This document shows positions 24,805-32,000 of a stretch of DNA of 32,000 nucleotides, in pieces; the first letter of the stretch is position 1; each line of letters starts with the position of its first letter. The notes beneath the pieces were generated by a model, which saw only the letters and a list, made by a program, of their open reading frames with translations, did no database searches and had not been told where the DNA came from. The position numbers and the translations under genes were made by a program. The stretch covers positions 2,130,001-2,162,000 of the forward strand of contig JALDRA010000001.1 in assembly GCA_031316235.1 (NCBI GenBank), read 5' to 3'. This DNA is from Candidatus Scalindua sp. (lineage in GTDB: Bacteria > Planctomycetota > Brocadiia > Brocadiales > Scalinduaceae).

Positions 24805-24913
24805 GTGAAAGCAGCACGCTGTTTATCAGTTTTGAATCACACAACATGTATCCTCTCAATACATTTAACTTTTTCAGATTGACTACTGCATGTATATTCT
24901 ATACACTTTTCCA

Positions 24914-25241
24914 ATGATACAGAGTTTCTGACATAAAGGGTGTGCAACGCCTTTTTGAGAAGGCCGACTGTAACAAGATTTCCTCTCAGGGTGTTCGCAA
25001 GCGCGAACATATACCTGCCGTTCTTAATCATGCTACAGAGTTGAGCGATAGGGGTTTGCCAGGATTTCACCTGCATCCCCTCAAAGGCCGCATGAAAAGT
25101 TTCTGGTCAGTGACTCTACGTGCGAGCTGGCGTGTGATATTCAAGATAAAGAATGGTGATGTGCATGATGTTGATTTAATTGATTACCATCAGGAGGAGA
25201 ATATGAAGAGCTCACCTCATCCAGGAAGACTTATCGTATAA
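24914..25241 (+). pseudogene. higB: decayed higB (RelE/ParE-superfamily killer-protein type) running into a 12-codon higA remnant
   Basis: ATG 24914 gives MIQSF, then TGA (24929..24931), then HKG, then one extra nt at 24941. The tracked ORF (GTG 24942) continues LPGFHLHPLKGRMKSFWSVTLRASWRVIFKIKNGDVHDVDLIDYH. No stop follows DYH, and the frame reads QEEN-MKSSPHPGRLIV*, where MKSSPHPGRLI resembles a HigA N-terminus (HPGEIL). Confidence 0.7.
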
Positions 25242-25286
25242 TATGAAGATAAAAATGAATGTTACCATTTAAACAGGAGAAGAATC

Positions 25287-25631
25287 ATGATTAAGACAAT
25301 TGCTGCACTATTTACGGTTTTAGCACTATCAACAAGTGCTTTCGCTGGTTTTGACGGTCCTGGCGCAGTTTCAAGCTTAGTTACTGTGAAATCAATTAGC
25401 AACATGAGTGATGATGCCAAAGTTACTCTAGAGGGATATTTAGTCAAACAACTCAGAGAAGAAATCTATATTTTTAAAGATGATACCGGCGAAATTGAAG
25501 TTGAAATTGATGATGAGGTTTTCAGGGGGGAGAATGTTACACCCAAGATCAAAGTAAGGATTATTGGTGAAGTGGACAAAGACCAGTCAGCGGTAACGGT
25601 GGATATTGATTACCTGGAAATCGTGGAGTAA
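25287..25631 (+). CDS. YgiW/YdeI-family periplasmic OB-fold (BOF) stress protein
   Basis: 114 aa. The signal peptide is MIKTIAALFTVLALSTSAFA. The mature part, VTLEGYLVKQLREEIYIFKDDTGEIEVEIDDEVF..V.IIGEVDKD, is typical of the family. An AGGAG RBS is present. Confidence 0.75.
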   Translation: MIKTIAALFTVLALSTSAFAGFDGPGAVSSLVTVKSISNMSDDAKVTLEGYLVKQLREEIYIFKDDTGEIEVEIDDEVFRGENVTPKIKVRIIGEVDKDQSAVTVDIDYLEIVE

Positions 25632-25723
25632 CAAAGGTAACAGGCAGCTTACCCGGGTACAGTGAGCAAGACGTTAGATGTAGATGAACAATAATTCAAA
25701 TATTACAGTAAGGGGATAGAAAA

Positions 25724-26140
25724 ATGAAGGAAAGAACAATCTATATTAGCTCTTTTGATAAGGAACGATTGATGAGTCTTATCGAAAATAGTGATAATTA
25801 TAATAACCCTGATAAAAATTATTTAAAGGTATTAGAAAAAGAGTTAAATCGAGGTAAAATAGTTGAACCAAAAAACATACCAAAAAATGTAATTACCATG
25901 AATTCTATGGTTCGCCTCAAAGATTTGGATTCAGGAGAAGAAATTACTTATACCCTGGTTTTTCCCGATGCAGCCGATAGTGATGAAAATAAGATATCGA
26001 TTTTAGCTCCAATTGGGACTTCATTAATCGGATATAAGGTTGGAAATACTATTGAATGGGAAGTTCCGGCAGGATTAAGAAGATTAAAAGTCGAAGAAAT
26101 TTTATACCAGCCTGAAGCAGCAGGAGATTATCAATTATAG
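25724..26140 (+). CDS. rnk: Rnk-like regulator (GreA/GreB C-terminal-domain family)
   Basis: 138 aa. MNSMVRLKDLDSGEEITYTLVFPDAADSDENKISILAPIGTSLIGYKVGNTIEWEVPAG matches the Rnk/Gre C-terminal domain pattern. Confidence 0.8.
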   Translation: MKERTIYISSFDKERLMSLIENSDNYNNPDKNYLKVLEKELNRGKIVEPKNIPKNVITMNSMVRLKDLDSGEEITYTLVFPDAADSDENKISILAPIGTSLIGYKVGNTIEWEVPAGLRRLKVEEILYQPEAAGDYQL

Positions 26141-26295
26141 ATTATTAAGTATAATGAATGTCGGGATTATTTTTTCAAGCAGTGATGCTGAGACTTGCTG
26201 GGTGGCGTTACGACATGCTGCCTTGGATTGTCAACCCAGAGGAGTTGAGGCTGCCCGCTGAGCGTGATCAACCTGGTGCTTACGGATTTTGTATA

Positions 26296-26407
26296 TATAC
26301 TCATCTTACAATGGTTTTCGGATAAAATCCGAGATAAAATTGAGCGAGTATACCTTCACCAGGATTTGGTTTCCGGTAAAACCGGAAACCAAATCGGTTT
26401 TAGTATA
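26296..26407 (+). repeat. MITE family A, full 112-bp copy (A6), forward orientation
   Basis: Sequence runs tatactcatcttacaatggttttcgg...aaatcggttttagtata. It contains a perfect 15-bp stem (26363..26377 with 26381..26395) and a 3-nt loop. Confidence 0.85.
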
Positions 26408-26487
26408 TTTAAAGCTGTTTTCTGCTTTTGTCGGGCATTATCCAGCTTGTCGTTACATGTCCAATACAATCGACCGTTTTCAAAGAG

Positions 26488-27861
26488 TTATTTCGCAACA
26501 TAAACGGTTTTGATGTTTACAAACTCTCGAATACCTATTGAAGATAATTCCCGGCCATATCCTGAATGCTTGATTCCCCCAAAAGGAAGCCTTGGATCAG
26601 ACTTCACATTGGTATTAACAAAACAACTGCCCGCCTGAAGTTCCTGTGCAGCAATCTTCTCTCCCCTTTTTTTATCCCGGGTAAAAACCGCCGCCCCTAA
26701 GCCAAAAGAAGAATCATTGGCCGTCCGGATGGCCTCTTGCTCATCTCCAACGCTGATGAGTGAAGCCACCGGACCGAATAATTCTTCATCATAGGCCGGC
26801 ATGCCCTTTCTTACGTTGGTTAATATCGTCGGAGAATAATAAGCTCCGGGCCCTTCAGAGTTTCCTCCTAAAAGTAGTTTCGCTCCCATTTTTATACTTT
26901 GCATAACCTGCTGGTGTAATTCATCCCGTAAATCTTCCCTGGCTTGCGGACCGACGTCCGTTGTCTCTAACATCGGATCACCCATTTTTTTTAGTCTCAT
27001 TTTTTGAACAAACAGATCTTCTACCTTCTTCTGCATTGAACGAAGAAAAATAAAGCGTTTGGCCGCAATACAACTTTGTCCAGAATTAATCAATCGCGCA
27101 TTAACACAGATTTCAATAGATTTTTCTAAATCGGCATCCGATAAAATGAGGTACGGATCACTGCCGCCCAATTCCAAAACTGTCTTTTTTAAACAACCCC
27201 CGGCAATGGACGCAACACTTTTTCCGGCGGGAGTACTCCCTGTTAACGTGATGGCCGCAACAGCCGGATGTTCAATAATTGAACGAATAGAATCAGATTT
27301 AATCAAGATGCTTCGAAATAAATCTTCTGGAAAACCAGCATTCCTGAACAGATCTTCGATCGCTAATGAACAACCGGACACATTCGACGCATGTTTTAAA
27401 ACTCCAGCATTGCCCGCCATCAACGCCGGAGCCGCAAATCGAAAAACCTGCCAGAACGGAAAATTCCAGGGCATCACGGCCAAAACAACTCCCAGTGGCC
27501 GATAAGCCACGTAACTGCGCACCGCATCACTTTTGATAATTTCATCAGCCAGAAATTTTCTGGCATGCTGAACATAATATTCACATCCCAGCGCGCATTT
27601 ATCGATTTCCGATCGGCCCTGAGAAATAGGCTTGCCCATTTCGAGAGTCATCAGTCGGGCAAATTCTTCACGCCGTTTTTTAAGCTCATTTGCGGCACGC
27701 TGCAACTTTAAGGCTCTTACGCTAAACGGAGTCTTCTGCCAGGACAAATATGCCTGGTAAACAGACTCCAATACAACGGTACATTTCTTTAAAGAATATT
27801 CCGGATACAGCTTAAGCAATTGTCCGGTCGCCGGATTAATAGATTGTAAACTCATCAGCAT
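26488..27861 (-). CDS. NAD(P)-dependent aldehyde dehydrogenase, succinate-semialdehyde-dehydrogenase-like
   Basis: 457 aa with ALDH motifs FPFWQV, VLELGGSDP and catalytic Cys GQSCIAAKR. The likely true start is ATG 27855 (GGAGG, 6 nt, ATG). The substrate is inferred only from overall likeness. Confidence 0.85.
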   Translation of the reverse strand: MLMSLQSINPATGQLLKLYPEYSLKKCTVVLESVYQAYLSWQKTPFSVRALKLQRAANELKKRREEFARLMTLEMGKPISQGRSEIDKCALGCEYYVQHARKFLADEIIKSDAVRSYVAYRPLGVVLAVMPWNFPFWQVFRFAAPALMAGNAGVLKHASNVSGCSLAIEDLFRNAGFPEDLFRSILIKSDSIRSIIEHPAVAAITLTGSTPAGKSVASIAGGCLKKTVLELGGSDPYLILSDADLEKSIEICVNARLINSGQSCIAAKRFIFLRSMQKKVEDLFVQKMRLKKMGDPMLETTDVGPQAREDLRDELHQQVMQSIKMGAKLLLGGNSEGPGAYYSPTILTNVRKGMPAYDEELFGPVASLISVGDEQEAIRTANDSSFGLGAAVFTRDKKRGEKIAAQELQAGSCFVNTNVKSDPRLPFGGIKHSGYGRELSSIGIREFVNIKTVYVAK

Positions 27862-29549
27862 CCTCCCTCAACGTCTTGCTTTGCACATTGCAATTTCCTG
27901 GTTTTCATAGAAAGTTCATAGTTGACTTTAGTATCAACAGGAATTTCAATTACATTCAGCGTTTTTGAATCTAACGCTTCCTTTAACTGAAGTTTCAGTT
28001 CTTTTACCGTCGTGGGACGGTAAGCCTTAATACCGAAACTTTCCGCATACGCCTTAAAATCAGGATTAGTCAATTTAGTCCCGAAGCTTCTTCCGACATT
28101 TATTGTTTGCTTCCAACTGATCAATCCGTAATCATTATCATTAAAAATAATTGTTGTAAAATTTACGCCGAGCCGTTTGGCCGTTTCCAGTTCCTGCGAA
28201 TTCATCAAAAATCCCCCGTCTCCCATCGCCGCCACAACCCGTCGATTTGGATTTTCTAACGCAGCCGCCACGGCTCCCGGCAAAGAAATTCCCATGGACG
28301 CTAATCCATTTGAAATAATGCACCCATTCGGAGAACTGGTTAAATAATTTCGTCCAATCCAGATTTTGTGACTTCCCACGTCGCTGATCAATAAGTCCTC
28401 ATCATTAAGACAGGTATTTAACAAACAGATTGTTCCAGGAATTGTAAATTTTTGACCATCTTTTAATTCGTAACTATTAATATCGTCGAGGATAGTTTTA
28501 CGGATCGAAGCATACCATTGGGAATCCAGCATCAGTGAAGTCTCGGTTAATTTTTGAACAAGGCTGCGCAAAGATGAGGAAATGTCGGCCGCAATCTCAA
28601 GGTCTGGTTGATAATGCCGGTAAACTTCCGCTGGGGTAAAATCAATATGAATAACCGTTTTGTCTGCACAATTCCATTTCTCCGGAGCGTATTCAGCAAT
28701 ATCATAACCAACTGTCAGGATTAAATCCGCCGCATCTACTGCCTCCATGACTAAATCTCTAAATCCAAATCCTATGGAAAATAAACACTGCGGACTTTCA
28801 GCGGATATCGCCCCCTTGCCCATTAAGGTACTGACAACCGGAATACCAAATTGTTCTGATAATGTTCTTAATTCTTTCGAGGCCATCTTGCGGATAGCTC
28901 CATTGCCGGCAATAATAAGCGGACGTTTGGAGCGCATGATCAAATCAATAGCCTCCGTTACCGTCGATGGATCAGGATAGGGCCGGCAGAATTTCTTTAC
29001 AGTTAACGGACGTCCTTGAGAATCCATTTTTGCCACATCTTCAGACAGTTCAATATGAGTCGCTCCGGGTTTCTCATTTTCGGCAATTTTAAAAGCTTTA
29101 CGAACCACTTCACAGACAATATCCGGATCAGTAATCGCGGCATTCCATTTTGTAATTGGTTTAAACATGCTGACTATATCCAAATGCTGATGACTCTCCT
29201 GATGCAGCCGCTCAATACTGCCCTGCCCGGTGATCGCCACAACCGGACTTTTGTCGAGCGTGGCATCTGCAATTCCCGTAATTAAATTAGTTGCCCCAGG
29301 ACCAAGTGTTGCCAGGCATACACCCGCTTTTCCTGTCAATCGGCCCCAGACATCGGCCATAAAAGCCGCTCCCTGTTCATGCCGGGTCGGAATAAATTTA
29401 ATACCTGATTTTTCTAATGAAAATAACAAATCTTCGTTTTCCTCTCCAGGAAGACCGAAGACATATTTTACTCCTTCATTTTCTAAGCAGCGCACGAATA
29501 AATCGGATGTTTTCATTATCCACCTTCTTTCTTGTATCAATTCTTTCAA
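27855..29549 (-). CDS. acetolactate-synthase-like thiamine-diphosphate enzyme (catabolic AlsS-like size)
   Basis: 564 aa. The N-terminal ThDP pyrimidine-binding region is HEQGAAFMADVWGRLTGKAGVCLATLGPGATN. The ThDP motif is MGDGGFLMNSQELETAKRLGVNFTTIIFNDNDYG. The likely start is ATG 29516 (MKTSDLFV..) behind GAAGGTGG. Confidence 0.85.
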   Translation of the reverse strand: MKELIQERRWIMKTSDLFVRCLENEGVKYVFGLPGEENEDLLFSLEKSGIKFIPTRHEQGAAFMADVWGRLTGKAGVCLATLGPGATNLITGIADATLDKSPVVAITGQGSIERLHQESHQHLDIVSMFKPITKWNAAITDPDIVCEVVRKAFKIAENEKPGATHIELSEDVAKMDSQGRPLTVKKFCRPYPDPSTVTEAIDLIMRSKRPLIIAGNGAIRKMASKELRTLSEQFGIPVVSTLMGKGAISAESPQCLFSIGFGFRDLVMEAVDAADLILTVGYDIAEYAPEKWNCADKTVIHIDFTPAEVYRHYQPDLEIAADISSSLRSLVQKLTETSLMLDSQWYASIRKTILDDINSYELKDGQKFTIPGTICLLNTCLNDEDLLISDVGSHKIWIGRNYLTSSPNGCIISNGLASMGISLPGAVAAALENPNRRVVAAMGDGGFLMNSQELETAKRLGVNFTTIIFNDNDYGLISWKQTINVGRSFGTKLTNPDFKAYAESFGIKAYRPTTVKELKLQLKEALDSKTLNVIEIPVDTKVNYELSMKTRKLQCAKQDVEGGC

Positions 29550-29773
29550 ACAGCGTAACGTAGTTTAACAAGATTCAGAATGGGATGGAAATGATTTTAT
29601 TCCCTTGATCTGGCGATAACAATCATCCAGAATATATGATATATGGAAGCATGATCAATAAGTACGTTAAGGGTAAGATGTATAATCTTTGGCCTGATAG
29701 TCAGAAGCTGGTAGTCTTTATGCCAGCGGGATAATTTATTAGTCTGTTAATTTAGAATAAGGAGGAAAATACT

Positions 29774-31540
29774 ATGCCGGGAGAAGACTCATTTGTTTTC
29801 AAAACTTTACGTCCATGGCCTAACGAAAGGCTTAAAAAAGCAGCTATTGTTGGGCATACTACAACAACTACGTCACGCCTGTGGTTTAGAACAGGTGACA
29901 ACGGAAAATTTACCATTTTATTATACGAAAGTTCAGGGAAAAAAAATGAGCCTATCTTCAACGGCTTAAGGGCAATTCCGTATCGACTAGACAGCTTGCC
30001 ACAAAAGGTGATACGTCATGATTTCGTGATAGAAGAATACAAAAACGATACGACCTACGTTTGGGATACCTGGGATCCACCCAGAAAAATCGAACTGAAA
30101 CCAGGCACATTGTACGCTTATGCGCTCTACAGTGATAAAGAAAAGCGAATTATTCTGGGTCATGACCGTGTGTATTCTTTTCGCACCATGCCAGAGGGAA
30201 ACGAACCTTATTCTTTCGCACTCTATTCATGCCATATGCCGTATTCATACACTATGTTTAAAAGCACTAAACTGGTAAATGAAGAGATGTGGGATTCTTT
30301 TAAGGGCGCATTAGAACGCCATCGCGAAAAGGATCTCCGTTTTGTTATTGGTGGCGGTGACCAGGTTTACACTGACGGTGTGGAATCGCTCAGCATCTGG
30401 GCATACCTCAATAAGGTAATGCGCAAAGAAAAAGAAACCGGTAAAATTCTTCCCACGCAGGAAGACATGGTAAGCTGGTACCGTGACATATATCGCGGTT
30501 ACTGGGGGTTTAAATCACTACAAAATGTATTCTCAGATTTTCCTCTTTATATGATGTGGGACGACCATGAACTTGGTGATGGCTGCGGTTCCTATTATCT
30601 AAATAAGGGCAGGAAAAAAGAACTGAACAGACTTCTGCCGGGTATAAATAATAAAAAAAAACATAAATCTCTTTCCTACAATGATGGGCTGACGCTGTAC
30701 GATCGGATGATAAAGGCTGCCAAGCAGGTCTATCTAGAATATCAGCATTCACATAATCCCAAGACCCCCAATGGGCAGTATGATTATGGGTTTTACCTGG
30801 GCGACCATTCGGCATTTTATTTTCTCGATGGACGTGGTTATCGAGATGTACAGCGTGATGATGAATACCGCATACTAGGCAAGGATCAATTAGATCGTTT
30901 TAAGAGATGGCTTAATCACAAAGATACGAAATCCAAGAAGTGTGTATTTGTTTTAGCTGCTGTGCCCGTATTTCACATACGTTCCATAATCGCAAACAAG
31001 ACGGTAACAGATACTTTTACCCGAGAACTTTCTGATGACCTGCGCGATTCATGGGAACATGATATTCATGACAAAGAAAGATCAGAGTTTACTGAACTAC
31101 TTTTTCAAGCGGCGGGAAAAGGGCAACAGGTAAGCATTCTCAGCGGAGATGTGCATATGTCCGCAGCTTTTAAACTGATAAATGATGCAGGTCATGTGAT
31201 ATATCAGCTCACCTCTAGTGCAATAACATATAACACGCCGCTCATATCAGGCTGGTTGTTCGGTCAATTCGGTACACTGCCGGAGGAAGGAGAGACAAAA
31301 GAGGGCTATAAATTTGAAAGGAGGGCACTTTATCTTGACAGCAACTTTTCGATCATAAAAGTGAATCCGAATAATGGACAAGTTACTTTTCAACTTTATG
31401 GAAAGCAGTCCATACAACCGCCGGATAAAACACTTTTAAAGAAAAACCAGCCATACGTGGGTATGGCTGACATTCCCATTACGCACTCAATAGCGAGAAT
31501 AGACCTCGATTTTACTAAGGTAGAAAAGTCTGTTATTTAA
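29774..31540 (+). CDS. PhoD-like metallophosphatase / alkaline phosphatase D family protein
   Basis: 588 aa with metallophosphatase motifs VIGGGDQVYTDG, MMWDDHELGDG and LSGDVHMSAAF. AAGGAGG lies 8 nt upstream of the ATG. Confidence 0.75.
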   Translation: MPGEDSFVFKTLRPWPNERLKKAAIVGHTTTTTSRLWFRTGDNGKFTILLYESSGKKNEPIFNGLRAIPYRLDSLPQKVIRHDFVIEEYKNDTTYVWDTWDPPRKIELKPGTLYAYALYSDKEKRIILGHDRVYSFRTMPEGNEPYSFALYSCHMPYSYTMFKSTKLVNEEMWDSFKGALERHREKDLRFVIGGGDQVYTDGVESLSIWAYLNKVMRKEKETGKILPTQEDMVSWYRDIYRGYWGFKSLQNVFSDFPLYMMWDDHELGDGCGSYYLNKGRKKELNRLLPGINNKKKHKSLSYNDGLTLYDRMIKAAKQVYLEYQHSHNPKTPNGQYDYGFYLGDHSAFYFLDGRGYRDVQRDDEYRILGKDQLDRFKRWLNHKDTKSKKCVFVLAAVPVFHIRSIIANKTVTDTFTRELSDDLRDSWEHDIHDKERSEFTELLFQAAGKGQQVSILSGDVHMSAAFKLINDAGHVIYQLTSSAITYNTPLISGWLFGQFGTLPEEGETKEGYKFERRALYLDSNFSIIKVNPNNGQVTFQLYGKQSIQPPDKTLLKKNQPYVGMADIPITHSIARIDLDFTKVEKSVI

Positions 31541-31590
31541 CGATTATTAAACTTAAGGGTTGACCTGTGAATTCAAGTTGACATTTTGAA

Positions 31591-32000
31591 ATGAATTTAA
31601 CAATTGAAAATATACTATTAGTTGGCTCTTTATTACTTTTTATAAGCGTTATTGTAGGCAAGACTTCTTATAAATTTGGCGTCCCTACATTATTGATTTT
31701 TTTAGCAATAGGAATGCTGGCAGGCACGGACGGAATTGGCGGTATTAATTTTGACAACCCACAAATGGCACGATTTGCGGGTGTTGTTTCTCTTAATTTT
31801 ATTTTGTTTTCAGGCGGGCTTGACACGAATTGGAAATCGGTAAAACCAATACTTCGCGAAGGTATTGTTTTGTCCACCCTGGGTGTTTTGTTAACAGCGA
31901 TGTCACTTGGAACTTTTGTTTGGTTCGTTACAGACTTCACTTTTTATGAAAGTATGCTGTTGGGTTCAATCGTATCATCGACGGACGCAGCAGCGGTATT
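31591..32000 (+). CDS. nhaP2: K+/H+ antiporter, CvrA/NhaP2 type (5' part; continues past the right edge)
   Basis: Absent from the ORF track because no stop falls in the window. My translation: MNLTIENILLVGSLLLFISVIVGKTSYKFGVPTLLIFLAIGMLAGTDGIGGINFDNPQMARFAGVVSLNFILFSGGLDTNWKSVKPILREGIVLSTLGVLLTAMSLGTFVWFVTDFTFYESMLLGSIVSSTDAAAV. It closely parallels the E. coli CvrA N-terminus (..GIPILVIFLAIGMLAG.DG.GGI.FDN.. ..GAIVGSTDAAAV). Confidence 0.85.
   Translation, partial: MNLTIENILLVGSLLLFISVIVGKTSYKFGVPTLLIFLAIGMLAGTDGIGGINFDNPQMARFAGVVSLNFILFSGGLDTNWKSVKPILREGIVLSTLGVLLTAMSLGTFVWFVTDFTFYESMLLGSIVSSTDAAAV

Noticed and set aside
20516-26513. ORFs 20516..20719, 23984..24229, 24219..24509, 24335..24541, 24837..25076, 25262..25447, 26264..26503 and 26289..26513.
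   Set aside because: They are either read across MITE copies, so the same peptide strings recur wherever the repeat occurs, or they are antisense to or overlap the better-supported dinJ-like, higB or ygiW-like genes.
31668-31940. A 90-aa minus-strand ORF.
   Set aside because: It is antisense to the strongly supported antiporter reading frame that starts at 31591.

Overview
This window is from an AT-rich bacterial genome; the taxon cannot be assigned from sequence alone. All family calls rest on motifs read from the translations and on recalled family patterns. No database search was possible.

(i) 1-16.3 kb is a minus-strand defence island.
- It has the gene order published for type 3 BREX: brxC - pglXI - brxHII - pglZ - brxA (14805 down to 1850).
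- The Zn-ribbon adenine methyltransferase gene pglXI is split by a 1221-bp IS630-family element with a TA duplication. Removing it in silico restores one 837-codon ORF.
- BrxC has an extra N-terminal module of about 170 aa that looks like a fused BrxF with a degenerate P-loop. No separate brxF is present.
- Two uncharacterised ORFs flank the operon: 201 aa with a CWNxxGW...GFGHEEW motif, and 287 aa that is DUF3800-like.
- A RayT/IS200-like Y1 transposase gene runs off the left edge.

(ii) 16.3-26.4 kb is a mosaic accessory region punctuated by two MITE-like repeat families (8 and 2 loci). It carries:
- a strikingly GC-rich lectin-like gene with five tachylectin-type repeats;
- VapBC, HepT/MntA, an orphan DinJ-like antitoxin and a decayed HigBA;
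- a radical-SAM gene remnant and a GNAT/nitrilase fusion;
- YgiW-like and Rnk-like genes.

(iii) 26.5-32 kb holds ordinary genes: an aldehyde dehydrogenase, an acetolactate-synthase-like ThDP enzyme, a PhoD-like phosphatase, and the 5' part of a CvrA/NhaP2-type K+/H+ antiporter.

No rRNA, tRNA or CRISPR array was recognised.
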